This document shows, piece after piece, positions 46,085 to 57,173 of a stretch of DNA of 64,000 nucleotides (positions are counted from its first letter, which is position 1; every line of letters begins with the position of its first letter). The DNA is from Promethearchaeota archaeon (lineage in GTDB: Archaea; Asgardarchaeota; Lokiarchaeia; Sigyniarchaeales; SOKP01). The DNA lies in NCBI GenBank assembly GCA_048939995.1, contig JBHLOY010000008.1, positions 1 to 64,000 of the forward strand, read 5' to 3'. The translations under genes and the position numbers were made by a program. The notes below the pieces were generated by a model that was given only the letters and a program-made list of their open reading frames with translations, did no database searches and had not been told where the DNA came from.

Positions 46085-47239
46085 ATGAATTGTTTTGATA
46101 GAATTTGGGCAACGCTAAATCTAGAGCAACCAGATAGAGTCCCCACTCATACAATCCAATTTGATGGTAATATAGCTGATCAAGTGATTGGTAAACCTGA
46201 AAGAACAGCTTTTGATATTTTTGATGAGATGGAAAAAAAATATGGAGATGATTGGATAGATAAAATAAATCTCATGCTTGATGATATTGAAATATCTGTT
46301 TTTGCCAAATGTGTTAGAGCGGCTTATGAATTGGGATTCGATGGGGTTGGGATTCATTATATTCCTTTCATTATAGAAAGTAAAACTGAAATGACTGACA
46401 TTTTTGGAAAGAGACATAGAATAAGAAATATTGATGGAAATCCTTATCCTGATTATTATGGAGGTTACATTAAAAATAGGAAGGATTGGGAAGCTTATCC
46501 TAAACCAGATTTAAAGGAAGAGTATAAGCGAGCAAAAAAGTTTTATAAAGGAGTATTAAGAAAGTGTCGTGACATAAAAGATGATATTTGTATAATAGCT
46601 CAAGACGCCCTCACATCTATTTTTCCACCTGTATGGCAAGGAATGGGAATGAATTATTTTGTTCGTGCCTTAAAAAACGACCCAAAATTAATTGAAGAGA
46701 GGTTTCGATTTACTACAGATTTTGTTTTAAAAATTTTTGAAGCGTATCATGATTGTGGGGCTAAGATATTTCTTGAAGGAGGGGATATTGCTCATACTCA
46801 TGGTCCAATGATAAATCCAAAGTATTTCTATAAATATGTACTGCCATGTTTTCAAGAAGTTTCTGAAACAATTCACAAATGGGGTGGTAAATACATTTTA
46901 CACACTGATGGAGATGTTACAGAACTTTTAGATTTTATTATTGAATCTGGTTTTGATGGTTTACAATGCTTAGAACCACCCGTAGTAGATCCCTACTTAG
47001 TTAAAAGAAAGGTGGGAAATAAGTTATGCCTTTCGGGAAATATAGATACCAGACATATCTTAGTTAAAGGGACTAAACAAGAAGTTGAAGACGCCGTAAG
47101 ATCTGCAATTAAAGCATTAGGGCATGATGGAGGTTATATGCTATCTCCTGCAAACTTCCATCCAGCTATTTCAGTAGATAGATTAAAATGGATGATTGAA
47201 GCAACCAACAAGTTTGGTAAGTACCCATTAAAAATTTGA
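46085..47239 (+). CDS. Uroporphyrinogen decarboxylase / MtaA-CmuA methyltransferase family
   Basis: PDRVP, LHTDG, LSGNID, GGYMLS. Confidence 0.85.
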   Translation: MNCFDRIWATLNLEQPDRVPTHTIQFDGNIADQVIGKPERTAFDIFDEMEKKYGDDWIDKINLMLDDIEISVFAKCVRAAYELGFDGVGIHYIPFIIESKTEMTDIFGKRHRIRNIDGNPYPDYYGGYIKNRKDWEAYPKPDLKEEYKRAKKFYKGVLRKCRDIKDDICIIAQDALTSIFPPVWQGMGMNYFVRALKNDPKLIEERFRFTTDFVLKIFEAYHDCGAKIFLEGGDIAHTHGPMINPKYFYKYVLPCFQEVSETIHKWGGKYILHTDGDVTELLDFIIESGFDGLQCLEPPVVDPYLVKRKVGNKLCLSGNIDTRHILVKGTKQEVEDAVRSAIKALGHDGGYMLSPANFHPAISVDRLKWMIEATNKFGKYPLKI

Positions 47240-47254
47240 GAACACGAAGGATAT

Positions 47255-47578
47255 TTAATCAGATAATTGAGCATTTTCTAAAAATCCAATTCCACGAGGA
47301 GTTAATTTCCATCCTTCTTCTGTATCTAAAAGATAAAAAGTTTGCTTTAACATATTAAGATGATAAAGTAATTGGGAATCATCCAGAAGAAATTCCTTTT
47401 TAATCTCATCGAGCTTTTTAATAGTATATCCAATAAAATTTAGAATATCCCTTCTAATAGGATTAGTAAGAGTTCTATATGCACGACCATGATCAAGTTT
47501 TTTATCTAAATTTTTTATTTTAGCGTAGAATTCCTTTAATTCTTCCCTAGATAATTTTGAAGAGTTATTCTCTTTCAT
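47255..47578 (-). CDS. ArsR-like winged-HTH protein
   Basis: LTNPIRRDIL, LLYHLNML, WKLTPRG. Confidence 0.8.
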   Translation of the reverse strand: MKENNSSKLSREELKEFYAKIKNLDKKLDHGRAYRTLTNPIRRDILNFIGYTIKKLDEIKKEFLLDDSQLLYHLNMLKQTFYLLDTEEGWKLTPRGIGFLENAQLSD

Positions 47579-47697
47579 ATTTTTGTGATATAATCTTATT
47601 TAATAGGTACCAGTAACTTACCTTAAAATATAGTAAGGTAGGATCTATATATAAGATTCTTTAAAGATTATACAAATTAAAAACAGATATGGTTTAA

Positions 47698-48939
47698 ATG
47701 GATTCACGGCAAAGAATTCTTGAAACTATTAATCATAAAGAGCCTGACAGAGTACCAGTAGACTTGGGATCAACTCCTTGTACTGGAATATCAGCTATCG
47801 CTTATCATAATTTAAAGCAATATCTAGGTATTTTTAAAGGTCACACAAGAGTCTATGATCTTGGCCAACAATTAGCTCAGCCAGAAGACTTTATCCTTGA
47901 ACGTTTTAAAGTTGACGCATTAGATATTGGCAGAACCTTCAATACAAAAGTAGAAGATTGGTATGATATTCATGTAAATGGGATAGATATGCAGTGGCCT
48001 AAATGGTTTCAGCCACGCCATAATTCTGATGATTCATATGATGTCCTCCATCGTGATGGAACTGTACTTTCCAGAATGACAAAGGATGCCTTAGTATTTG
48101 ATCAAACCTACTACCCATGTTTGGATCACTATCCAGAAAACTATGAAGATTTCCAGAAAATAATTAGAAAAAGCGCATGGGCAGCTATGCCTGTTCCTCC
48201 TTTTAGTAACATTGGAGAGAAAAAATTTTGGAAGCTACTAAGACAAAATACAATAAAATTAAAGGAGCACTCTAAAAAGGCTATTGTCCTTAATTATGGA
48301 AGTACAAGTTTTGAATTTGGGAATAGTTTCTTACGTATGGATAAACAACTCATTGATATTCGTAGAAATCCCTCTAAAGTTGAAAGATTACTCGATTATA
48401 TACAGGAATTTTCTCTTAATTCATTAAAAGTAATTTGTGGTTATGTTGGAGATGTTATAGATATAATCCGAATTGGAGATGATCTCGGAGAAAATAATGG
48501 TCCTTTCTTTAGCCCCCAGATTTATCGTAAAATGTTTAAACCTAAACATAGCGAAATATGTGACTTTATAAAAACACATAGTTCAATGAAAATTATGTTT
48601 CATACATGTGGCTCAATAACTCAAATACTTCCAGACTTGATTGAAACTGGAATAGATATTCTTAATCCAGTGCAAATAAATGCACGTGATATGGATCCAA
48701 AATTTTTAAAAGATAATTTTGGAGATGATATTACATTTTGGGGAGGTGGAGCAGATACTCGTAATGTTATAAATCGTAAAACAACTGAAGAAGTTAAAGC
48801 CCATATCTTAGAATTATTGGAAATATTTGGTCCGGGAGGAGGTTATGTCTGGAATACAGTTCATAATATCTTGCCTGATGTTCCCCCTCAAAATATTGTA
48901 GCTATGTTTGAAGCTATAGATCAATTTAATAATAACTAG
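47698..48939 (+). CDS. URO-D / MtaA-CmuA methyltransferase family
   Basis: EPDRVPVDLG, GDDLG, FHTCG, LNPVQ, FWGGG, GGGYV, HNI. Confidence 0.88.
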   Translation: MDSRQRILETINHKEPDRVPVDLGSTPCTGISAIAYHNLKQYLGIFKGHTRVYDLGQQLAQPEDFILERFKVDALDIGRTFNTKVEDWYDIHVNGIDMQWPKWFQPRHNSDDSYDVLHRDGTVLSRMTKDALVFDQTYYPCLDHYPENYEDFQKIIRKSAWAAMPVPPFSNIGEKKFWKLLRQNTIKLKEHSKKAIVLNYGSTSFEFGNSFLRMDKQLIDIRRNPSKVERLLDYIQEFSLNSLKVICGYVGDVIDIIRIGDDLGENNGPFFSPQIYRKMFKPKHSEICDFIKTHSSMKIMFHTCGSITQILPDLIETGIDILNPVQINARDMDPKFLKDNFGDDITFWGGGADTRNVINRKTTEEVKAHILELLEIFGPGGGYVWNTVHNILPDVPPQNIVAMFEAIDQFNNN

Positions 48940-48950
48940 AGATATTAACG

Positions 48951-50441
48951 ATGATAAAATTAAATATAGGAATAGTGTTTATCGGAAAACCTCAATGGGA
49001 GGCAGGTTGGCCATACCTAGGGTATAATAATGAAACTTGTATCAAATTAATTAAAGATTATTTAGAAAATAGTTTCCCTGAGTTAATGTATATTTGGTAT
49101 GAGATTCTTACAAACTATAATGCCAATTTAGTTAAAGAGATTAAAAATTCAATCAAAGATGTTGATGGTGTGATTATATTTACTATAGGGCATTACGGAG
49201 ATCCTGGTATCGTTCAAGCAGGAATTGAAATTATTGAGAGTCAAAAACCAGTCATTTTAACTAATCTTATTTACAGAGGAGATCACACATTCACTAAAAT
49301 CTTTTCAAGCATAAAAAATAAAAATTTTAAGATTTTGCCAATATCTATAGAAAAATTAGAGAATCTTAGCGAATCTATTAGAATTTTAATAAAGCTGCTC
49401 AAATTGCGAGGGAATAAGATTTTAGTTTATGCTCCTGAGAAAATAGAAATGAATTGGCAAAAAATTTTAGAGCTATTCAATCCAGAGCGAAATCGAATAA
49501 GAATTAAGGATCCAGAATTTCTCGAGAAAGTGATAAACCTAAGTTCTGACCAAAGATTTGAATTTTTTACAGACATAGAGGGAAAGGATCAAGCTCATCA
49601 ATGGAGAAGGGATGAAGACAGATATAGCAGGAACCTTAAAGAAATATTTAACATTGAGATGATTAAAGGCAATCCAGAGGAAATTATGGATTTTTATGAT
49701 AATGTAGATGAAGAGGACGCTAACAAAATCGTTGAAAAATGGAAAGAAGAAGCCTTAAGAGTCGAGCCCAGTGAAAATACGCTACTAAATTCAGCTAAAT
49801 TATATATTGCGTTAAAAACCTTGTTAAGTGAGAAGAAATTTAATATCTTTACACCAGATTGTGGTACTTTTTTATTAACGGGAGTGCTGCCTGCATATCC
49901 TTGTATGGCTTTTATGGAATTAATTAAGGATAATATATACGGGATATGCGAATCTGATATGGACTGCACTATAAGCTACCTTTTTGGTTTATATCTTACT
50001 AATCGTCCAGGATTTGTTTCCAATCATACATTAGATACTTCAAATAATCAGATTACATATATGCATTGTCTTGCACCAAATAAATTGTATGGAAATACCG
50101 GTCCTAAATCAGATTATGAAATTTTATATCATGGAGAAACTCATTATTTAGGAGCTTCTCCTTGTGTAAAGTTTCCGGTTGGGGAATATGTCACCACTAT
50201 TAAAATAAGTATATTAAACAAGAAGATAGCATTACGCAAAGGGAAAATTATTGATAATGTTGTTGATAAAAATGGATGTGTTTCAAAAATGTTAGTCGAA
50301 GGCAATGTAAGTAAAATTATGGATAATTATGATTGGGATACTTTTGGATGGCATCGAGTTACATTTATTGGGGATTGGAAAAATGATTTCATTACTGGAG
50401 CAAAATTATTAGGTTTAAAAGTAATAGAGGAGGATATATAA
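48951..50441 (+). CDS. L-fucose/L-arabinose isomerase-like protein
   Basis: YPCMAF, CESDMD, MHC, GWHRV metal-site pattern. Confidence 0.7.
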   Translation: MIKLNIGIVFIGKPQWEAGWPYLGYNNETCIKLIKDYLENSFPELMYIWYEILTNYNANLVKEIKNSIKDVDGVIIFTIGHYGDPGIVQAGIEIIESQKPVILTNLIYRGDHTFTKIFSSIKNKNFKILPISIEKLENLSESIRILIKLLKLRGNKILVYAPEKIEMNWQKILELFNPERNRIRIKDPEFLEKVINLSSDQRFEFFTDIEGKDQAHQWRRDEDRYSRNLKEIFNIEMIKGNPEEIMDFYDNVDEEDANKIVEKWKEEALRVEPSENTLLNSAKLYIALKTLLSEKKFNIFTPDCGTFLLTGVLPAYPCMAFMELIKDNIYGICESDMDCTISYLFGLYLTNRPGFVSNHTLDTSNNQITYMHCLAPNKLYGNTGPKSDYEILYHGETHYLGASPCVKFPVGEYVTTIKISILNKKIALRKGKIIDNVVDKNGCVSKMLVEGNVSKIMDNYDWDTFGWHRVTFIGDWKNDFITGAKLLGLKVIEEDI

Positions 50442-50442
50442 T

Positions 50443-51822
50443 ATGGAAACAAGCAAGAAGAAAGATAAAGTACATTCCCTAGGTGGTCATTTATTATACT
50501 CTCTTGGAGCAGTCCCATCTGCTCTTCCATACAATATGATTTCAGCAAGTGTTTTACTCTTTTATGTAACTGTAGTCAAATTAGACCCTATTCTATTTGG
50601 AATTGTTTGGATTCTTTATGGAATATGGAATGCGGTTAATGATCCCTTAATTGGATATTTAATGGATAAGATTCAACTAAAGAAAGGTAGAAGAATTCCT
50701 TATATTATATATGGAACAATCCCATTAACATTTGGGTTTATATTTCTATGGTGGGTGCCTTATCCAAGCTCAGCCCAAACCTTAATTTTTATACATTGCC
50801 TCATTATGTTATTCCTTTTTGATTTAGGATTTACTTTCTGCATGATAAGTTGGTCAGCTTTGTATACTGAAATGTATGAAACTGAGAAGGAGAGGGCTAG
50901 TGTGGTGGCTATAAAAGACTTGATAGCATTTATTGCCTCATTTATAGGAATACTTATACCACCTGCTTTAGCAGCTGCAATTAGTTGGGAGTTTACAGGA
51001 CTTTTAATAGGTTTATTTATTCCTATTACGATGTTTCTTTCAATTCTTGGAAGTCAAGAAAAAAAAGAATATCAGATTGACAAACCATTACCATTTTTAT
51101 CAGCGATTAAAGAAGCATTTTCAAATAAACCGTTTGTAATTATTACTTTAACTTATACATTAATCGATTTTGCTTTTGGATTGACTATTATGGTTTTACC
51201 TTTGTTTGCTAAATATGTACTTTTAGTTCCTACAGGTATGGAAGGATTGAGTGCCGCAGGAGTAGCTATTGGTATTATTTTAAGTGTTCCTTTATGGAGA
51301 TGGATATATTCCAATAAAGGGCCTAAATTTGGATTATTATTTGCCTTAATATTTTACACAGTTACAATTTATCCCTTGTTTCTAATTGGAGATTTTATGA
51401 CATTACTACTAGTTACTATCATTCCAGGGATAGGCGTTTCCGGAATGCTCATGACGGAACCTGCTATTAGTACCGCGATCGATTATGATGAAATAAGAAT
51501 TAGCAAACGTAGAGAAGCCACTTATAATGGCATATTAACTTTAATTGCTAGGTTATCTCTTGTAATTTCAGGAATTACTCTAATAATCGTGCAAGAAATT
51601 AGTGGATTCGATCCAAACATTGAGGATCCATTATTACAACCTATATCGGCTATTGCTGGTTTGAAAATTCTAGTTTCACTGGTACCAGTTTTAGGAGGTT
51701 TCTGTGCAACATTGATTTTTGCTTTTTTTCCAATTAATCTTGATCGATTTAATGAAATACAGAAAAAATTACAAATATTTCATGAAGAAAGAAGAGATAA
51801 GGCACGAAAAGCCTTAAATTAA
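50443..51822 (+). CDS. GPH (MelB-like) MFS sugar:cation symporter
   Basis: WNAVNDPLIGYLMD, GRRIPY, DYDE...RREATY; about 12 TMs. Confidence 0.9.
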   Translation: METSKKKDKVHSLGGHLLYSLGAVPSALPYNMISASVLLFYVTVVKLDPILFGIVWILYGIWNAVNDPLIGYLMDKIQLKKGRRIPYIIYGTIPLTFGFIFLWWVPYPSSAQTLIFIHCLIMLFLFDLGFTFCMISWSALYTEMYETEKERASVVAIKDLIAFIASFIGILIPPALAAAISWEFTGLLIGLFIPITMFLSILGSQEKKEYQIDKPLPFLSAIKEAFSNKPFVIITLTYTLIDFAFGLTIMVLPLFAKYVLLVPTGMEGLSAAGVAIGIILSVPLWRWIYSNKGPKFGLLFALIFYTVTIYPLFLIGDFMTLLLVTIIPGIGVSGMLMTEPAISTAIDYDEIRISKRREATYNGILTLIARLSLVISGITLIIVQEISGFDPNIEDPLLQPISAIAGLKILVSLVPVLGGFCATLIFAFFPINLDRFNEIQKKLQIFHEERRDKARKALN

Positions 51823-51870
51823 TTCTAACGAAAGAAGTAAATTTAAAAAAAATTTTAATTAATTTTTATT

Positions 51871-52149
51871 TTAAGCCTTTCTTCTAAAACGGTTTATTAG
51901 TTTTACCAATAATATTAAACCAATTATGGCCATTGCAAATAAGATTAATGTACTGAAAGGTGTGAAGGAACAATGTGCATAATATCCTAAAAAACATAAC
52001 TTACTTGCTTCATCAGGTATTAAAGTAATTATCCCCGAAGAAACTCCGCCAGCTATTAATCCGATTAAAAGTATTAAGTAGATTCCTAGAAGTATTGCTT
52101 TAATTACTTTTGACAATTTACTTATATTCAAATTTTCATGAATCTGCAA
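51871..52149 (-). CDS. Small 2-TM membrane protein with a Cys pair
   Basis: Two hydrophobic helices flanking ASKLCFLGYYAHCSFTPFST. Confidence 0.65.
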   Translation of the reverse strand: MQIHENLNISKLSKVIKAILLGIYLILLIGLIAGGVSSGIITLIPDEASKLCFLGYYAHCSFTPFSTLILFAMAIIGLILLVKLINRFRRKA

Positions 52150-52442
52150 AATTGTTCACACAATGTTTTTGATTTAATTAATCATACACATTTTTAATCA
52201 TTTAATTCCATGTACGACAAGGATTAAATAAAAAAATAAACATATATCGTTGAAATAATAAGTATTTATATTATATAGCTAATAAAATCTGGATTGTATA
52301 TTCCATCTCTCAACTAGGTAGTTGAAATTTTATCACTTGTATAATATATATAAAGAAGGTCCTTTAGAAGGCTGCAATTCCCGTACAATAGAGCAAATAA
52401 GTCTATTTATTTCAGATAAATTAAAGCCATAATAGGCAATTC

Positions 52443-53354
52443 TTATTTATATAATAGCTTTTCTTTCCAAGTTTCATAATAAAAGACTTTATACATAATA
52501 TCAACAATTATTGAATCAATCTTTTCTTTTTTTATATTTTCAACCAAATCTGTTAACTCTTTCATATTATTAGCCCATACCCAACAAACAATTAGATTTG
52601 GTAAATTACTAAATGTCCAGCAGTAGAAGAGCATAGGTTCATATTTACTGTTCAAATGTTTTGCAAAATCGTTTTTATCAATTGGGGGGTTTACAGTGAT
52701 TTGAAAAAGGGCAAATATATCATTAGAGCCCTCAGGATTAAAATTAATCGAAAGTTCAATTATCCCTTCTTGAATTAGTCTAGTTAAGCGACGGCGAATT
52801 GTATTTGAGGTACTAGTAAGATCGTCAGCAATCTCTGATATAGGTTTTCGGGAATCTTTATTCAATGATCGAATTATCCCTAGATCTAGTTTATCATAAT
52901 TCATAGATCTGGATTTTGGAACAATATAGGGAACGGGGACTTTATATTGCACACCAGAAAGTAGTCCAATTTCTGGAGACTGAATCTGAGCTGTGTGAGA
53001 AATAAATGAGGAATAATCATCTAATTGATGAATACTTTCCAACATCGCACCAATATACAAATAATTCCTACCAGATAAGATTATCTGCCATGTATTTTCG
53101 TGTTTTCCTAGTTCAGATACTACTTTATCCAAATCTTGAGCCTCGCTTTGCCCAAAGATAAAACAATAGATTGCATTAATCGCATATGGTTTTAAGCTTG
53201 CGGTAAATCTTTCAATAATGTTTAAATCCATAAGGTTCTGTATTCTTTTATAAACAGCGTTTACAGAAAGTCCTAGATAATCTGAAATCTCTCTATATGT
53301 TAATCTTGAATTATTAAATAAAAGTAGAATAATCTTGAGATCAATTTCATCCAT
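52443..53354 (-). CDS. Tandem (duplicated) Lrp/AsnC-family regulator
   Basis: DEIDLKII...SRLTYREIS and DKLDLGII...DSRKPISEIA HTHs. Confidence 0.9.
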   Translation of the reverse strand: MDEIDLKIILLLFNNSRLTYREISDYLGLSVNAVYKRIQNLMDLNIIERFTASLKPYAINAIYCFIFGQSEAQDLDKVVSELGKHENTWQIILSGRNYLYIGAMLESIHQLDDYSSFISHTAQIQSPEIGLLSGVQYKVPVPYIVPKSRSMNYDKLDLGIIRSLNKDSRKPISEIADDLTSTSNTIRRRLTRLIQEGIIELSINFNPEGSNDIFALFQITVNPPIDKNDFAKHLNSKYEPMLFYCWTFSNLPNLIVCWVWANNMKELTDLVENIKKEKIDSIIVDIMYKVFYYETWKEKLLYK

Positions 53355-53414
53355 AAAGTATAGAAATTAAATAAGAAATAAATGTGTTTAGTTCAATGTC
53401 TTGGAAAAGAAGAG

Positions 53415-54587
53415 TTATAGGTATTGAATTCTTCCATCTTTAATTTTACACTTATCTTTTAAAATTTCAGGATAATATTTAATAGTTTGATTTATCAATT
53501 CTCTATACTTTTCGGAGGTTTCAATAATTTTATGAGGAGGATTCTCTCCAATTGCCTTTTGGACTAACTCTAATATATGATATAACTCTAAATTACTTTC
53601 TTTTGCAGGTTTTGCTAGTGCTAAGCAACCAGTACAGCTAACAGCAATAGTGGTTGCCTCAATTTCTTTAGCTTCTGAAATTCTCATCCCTGAAACAACT
53701 TTGAAATATTCTTTATTTGAACCTGCTAAAGATGAGCCACAACACAGAGTTTTGTTTAAGTTATGTTTCATCTCGACTACTTCAGCACCCAATATCTCAA
53801 GTAATTCACGTGGACTATCAAAAATCTTTTTATCTAAATTCCTCCAAGCACATGGATCATGAAACGTTATCCTTTCCTTGATTTTATTCTTAATTTTTAA
53901 TTCATCTTTATGATATTTCTCAATAAAATAACTACTAAATGTTTGTAGTTCAATACTTTTTTTAAATTCTGGAATAAGATTAGAATACGTATTCAACATT
54001 CTTATACATCCAGGACAAAATACAATGAATTTGTGTATTCCAAGAACATTAAAATCTTCTAAAAGTGTCCTTCCTTTTATTATGACTTCTTCTTCTCCAA
54101 ATATTTTTGTGTATGAACCACAACAATATTTAACTCCACCCATTTTGGGGAATTCATCCAGTAATTTTGTGTTTATTAAATCCGTCTGAACATAAGAAAG
54201 TCCGCATCCTAAATAGAACATGTGACTACTTTTTGGTGGATGTTGATATTGTTGAATATTCTGTCTCAATCTCTCATCTCCTAGATATAATGCCAAAGTT
54301 GCATCATTGAGTTCTATTTCTTCATGTGGTAAATAAAAACATGGTAAACCTTCATTTTTTAGCTCTTTAGTTGTTACTTCTCTCATCAATTCCTTAGGAT
54401 TAGATTTTGTTGGGCAGATAGTGTCACAATATGCACATCCTATGCATTTTTTAATACTTTCGCTCGCAATCTTCGTTTCTATTAAACTAATTACTTCATT
54501 CTTTGCATCCTCTTTTGTAAGATCTAGATATGGACACTCAGCTAAACAAGTTCCACAACGTTCACATCTTTCTTCAATAAACATCAT
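53415..54587 (-). CDS. HdrD/GlpC-like Fe-S oxidoreductase (ferredoxin + CCG domains)
   Basis: CERCGTCLAECP, CIGCAYCDTICP, YCCGS, FHDPC, LCCGS. Confidence 0.88.
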   Translation of the reverse strand: MMFIEERCERCGTCLAECPYLDLTKEDAKNEVISLIETKIASESIKKCIGCAYCDTICPTKSNPKELMREVTTKELKNEGLPCFYLPHEEIELNDATLALYLGDERLRQNIQQYQHPPKSSHMFYLGCGLSYVQTDLINTKLLDEFPKMGGVKYCCGSYTKIFGEEEVIIKGRTLLEDFNVLGIHKFIVFCPGCIRMLNTYSNLIPEFKKSIELQTFSSYFIEKYHKDELKIKNKIKERITFHDPCAWRNLDKKIFDSPRELLEILGAEVVEMKHNLNKTLCCGSSLAGSNKEYFKVVSGMRISEAKEIEATTIAVSCTGCLALAKPAKESNLELYHILELVQKAIGENPPHKIIETSEKYRELINQTIKYYPEILKDKCKIKDGRIQYL

Positions 54588-54603
54588 TTCTTATCACATA
54601 TTT

Positions 54604-55860
54604 TTAATTTGTTGAGAAAAAGCGTTTAGATAAAGAGAGAGCACAATATTCCCCACACATTGAACACATATCTTGGGTAATTGGATGTTTTTTTGATGGT
54701 TCCTCAGGATCTAAACTATACTCAAATTGCTTACGCCAGTTTTTCTGAAATCGATACTGAGAAAGAGAGAGATCATTATTAAAAAGATAGTTTAACCCAA
54801 ATTTCATGGAATCTCCCACATGAGCAGCAATTTTACATGCAATTATTCCTTTCTTTATATCCTTGACTGAAGGTAAACATAAATGCTCTGCAGGGGTAAT
54901 TGAGCATAAATAATCAGCACCATATACTGAAGCGAATGACCCACCTATTGCTGCGGCAATATGATCATATCCAGGAGCAAAATCAGTTGGAAGAGGTCCT
55001 GAGACAAATAAGGGTCTATTGTTCGTAATTTTTTTATATAATTGAATTTTTTCTATCAAACTTTTAACCACGACATGACCTCCTAAACTTTCAATTATAA
55101 CTTGTATCCCCTTTGAATTCGCTCTTTTTGCAAGTTTGGCATTTAGTTTGACTTCTGAAAGTTGGAACGTATCCACTTCATCATGAATACAACCACTCCT
55201 TAAAGTATTACCTAGATTTAACACAATATCATTTTCTCGAAGGATATCCATAAGATAATCAAAATTTTTAAGAAAAGGATTTTCAATGGATTGCTCCATC
55301 ATTAAAGTCGCAGTAAAACTGCCACCTTTAGATACAATACCCATTATTCTTTTCCCTTTCATTTTTTCCAAATCATCGAGAGAAAATGCGCAATGAAGAA
55401 CAATAGAACTTATTCCATCTTTAATTTGCTTCCTTATTATATTAAAGATCATATCCTCTGTAATGTTAATTATTGATTTTGCTTCGGCAACTGCTTGGTA
55501 TATAGGAACTGTCGTTATTGGAACAATTGAAAAATCTATTATCTTTCTTCGAATCGTATCAATATTTCCACCCATGGAGAGATCTGATATTGTATCAGCA
55601 CCATATTTCTGTGCGACCTTCACCTTTTCAATCTCCTCATCTAATTCAACTAAAGAGGCAGAAGTACCAATATTAACGTTTATTTTTGTTCTAAATGGCA
55701 TACCTATACCCAGTGGAAGGTGATCTTTTCTTTTCATTATTACTGATTGGCCTTTTGATATGCTTTTCATAATAGTCTTAACATCGACTCTTTCAATCTT
55801 GGAAACTGCTATAATACCAGGATTCACTTTACCCTTTAACGCTTCTTCATATAAAGTCAT
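54604..55860 (-). CDS. thiC: Phosphomethylpyrimidine synthase ThiC / Bza family radical SAM enzyme
   Basis: TKINVNIGTS, DLSMGG, TVPIYQ, GYDHI, TPAEHL, CSMCGEYC. Confidence 0.8.
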   Translation of the reverse strand: MTLYEEALKGKVNPGIIAVSKIERVDVKTIMKSISKGQSVIMKRKDHLPLGIGMPFRTKINVNIGTSASLVELDEEIEKVKVAQKYGADTISDLSMGGNIDTIRRKIIDFSIVPITTVPIYQAVAEAKSIINITEDMIFNIIRKQIKDGISSIVLHCAFSLDDLEKMKGKRIMGIVSKGGSFTATLMMEQSIENPFLKNFDYLMDILRENDIVLNLGNTLRSGCIHDEVDTFQLSEVKLNAKLAKRANSKGIQVIIESLGGHVVVKSLIEKIQLYKKITNNRPLFVSGPLPTDFAPGYDHIAAAIGGSFASVYGADYLCSITPAEHLCLPSVKDIKKGIIACKIAAHVGDSMKFGLNYLFNNDLSLSQYRFQKNWRKQFEYSLDPEEPSKKHPITQDMCSMCGEYCALSLSKRFFSTN

Positions 55861-56191
55861 TTTATTTCACGATTTATATGTCTAGAAAATCATGTTTCAA
55901 AGAAAAATACATTTAATATATGTTAAAAATACTTTTTTTCAAATAAAGTTATTCGCATTTTATAATTCTTAAAAAAATTTTCAAATTCTTAAGCATGAAT
56001 AATTAAAATGATTCACACGAGTACTTCTATCCTTTTTCTATCAATATTATTATAGAAAATCTCATAAAAATTGAATATTTTATTTCAATTTTCTTTAAAA
56101 AGCAAAAATTTAATTGCTTTTGATTCCTCTTAAGATTAGTTCTCTAAGAACTTATATATATTTGAATAAAATAAGAAATTTGGTAATTTAA

Positions 56192-56437
56192 TTGCAAGGA
56201 ACAGTAAAATGGTTTAATGGCCGTAAAGGCTATGGATTTATAACCTCTGAAGAGGGAAATGATATTTTCGTTCATTTCTCGGCTATTACTGGAGGCGATA
56301 ACGAATTTAAGACATTAAATGAAAACGATAAAGTTGAATTCGATGTCGTTGAAGGTCAAAAAGGACCCCAAGCAAGTAACGTTGTCGTTACTGAAAAGGC
56401 TCCTCAACAAAGTAGCTCATATAATAGATTCTATTAA
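56192..56437 (+). CDS. Cold-shock domain protein
   Basis: GTVKWFN, RNP1 KGYGFI, RNP2 IFVHFS, KGPQA. Confidence 0.93.
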   Translation: MQGTVKWFNGRKGYGFITSEEGNDIFVHFSAITGGDNEFKTLNENDKVEFDVVEGQKGPQASNVVVTEKAPQQSSSYNRFY

Positions 56438-56685
56438 TCTTATGGAAAATTATAAATCTAAATAAGTAACAAATTAAAATAAGTAGTATGTAATAAGTAG
56501 TAAAACTCCTTTTACGATTATTATCAACACTTATCATTTTTTTCTTTATTTTCAAAATACGGTAGATTTCTTTTATTTTTTGAATAAGAAATTTTTTCTA
56601 ACATCTGAAAAAAGTTAAAATTTATTATGGTTGTACCTTATTTCTAATTAGATTTAAATTTAAAAAGATATTAAGAATTAGAAAT

Positions 56686-56946
56686 TTGGTTTTAAAGTTG
56701 GTAAATGGAACTGTAAAATGGTATAATCACCGTAAAGGCTATGGATTTATAACCTCTGAAGAGGGAAAAGACATATTTGTACATTATACTGCTCTAGTTG
56801 GTAGGGATGACGAATATGTCACTCTTAATGAGAATGATAAGGTTACTTTCGATGTAGTTCAAGGTCAAAAAGGACCTCAGGCAAGTAACGTTGTCATTAC
56901 AGAGAAAGCGCCTCCTCAACTTCGAAAAGGCGGTTTTCGAATTTAA
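56686..56946 (+). CDS. Cold-shock domain protein
   Basis: GTVKWYN, KGYGFI, IFVHY. Confidence 0.93.
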   Translation: MVLKLVNGTVKWYNHRKGYGFITSEEGKDIFVHYTALVGRDDEYVTLNENDKVTFDVVQGQKGPQASNVVITEKAPPQLRKGGFRI

Positions 56947-57173
56947 ACTTGTAAATAATTATGAACCTACAAAATTTGATAAACTGTTCTATGAAGTGAA
57001 GATACTTCTATGATCTTTATCGAACTTTATTCTTTTTTTTTATTCTAATGGCTCTATTTAATAGTATTTAGCATTAATTTTTCGATATCCCTAGAAACCA
57101 AAAGCTTAATTGAGATGCTTTTTTTTTATAATTAATTCTCTTAGATATACGAGAATTTTTTTAAAATAAGAAA

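Noticed and set aside
55861-56190. Possible TPP or cobalamin riboswitch upstream of the thiC-like gene
   Set aside because: The region is very AT-rich and lacks the conserved aptamer core sequences.
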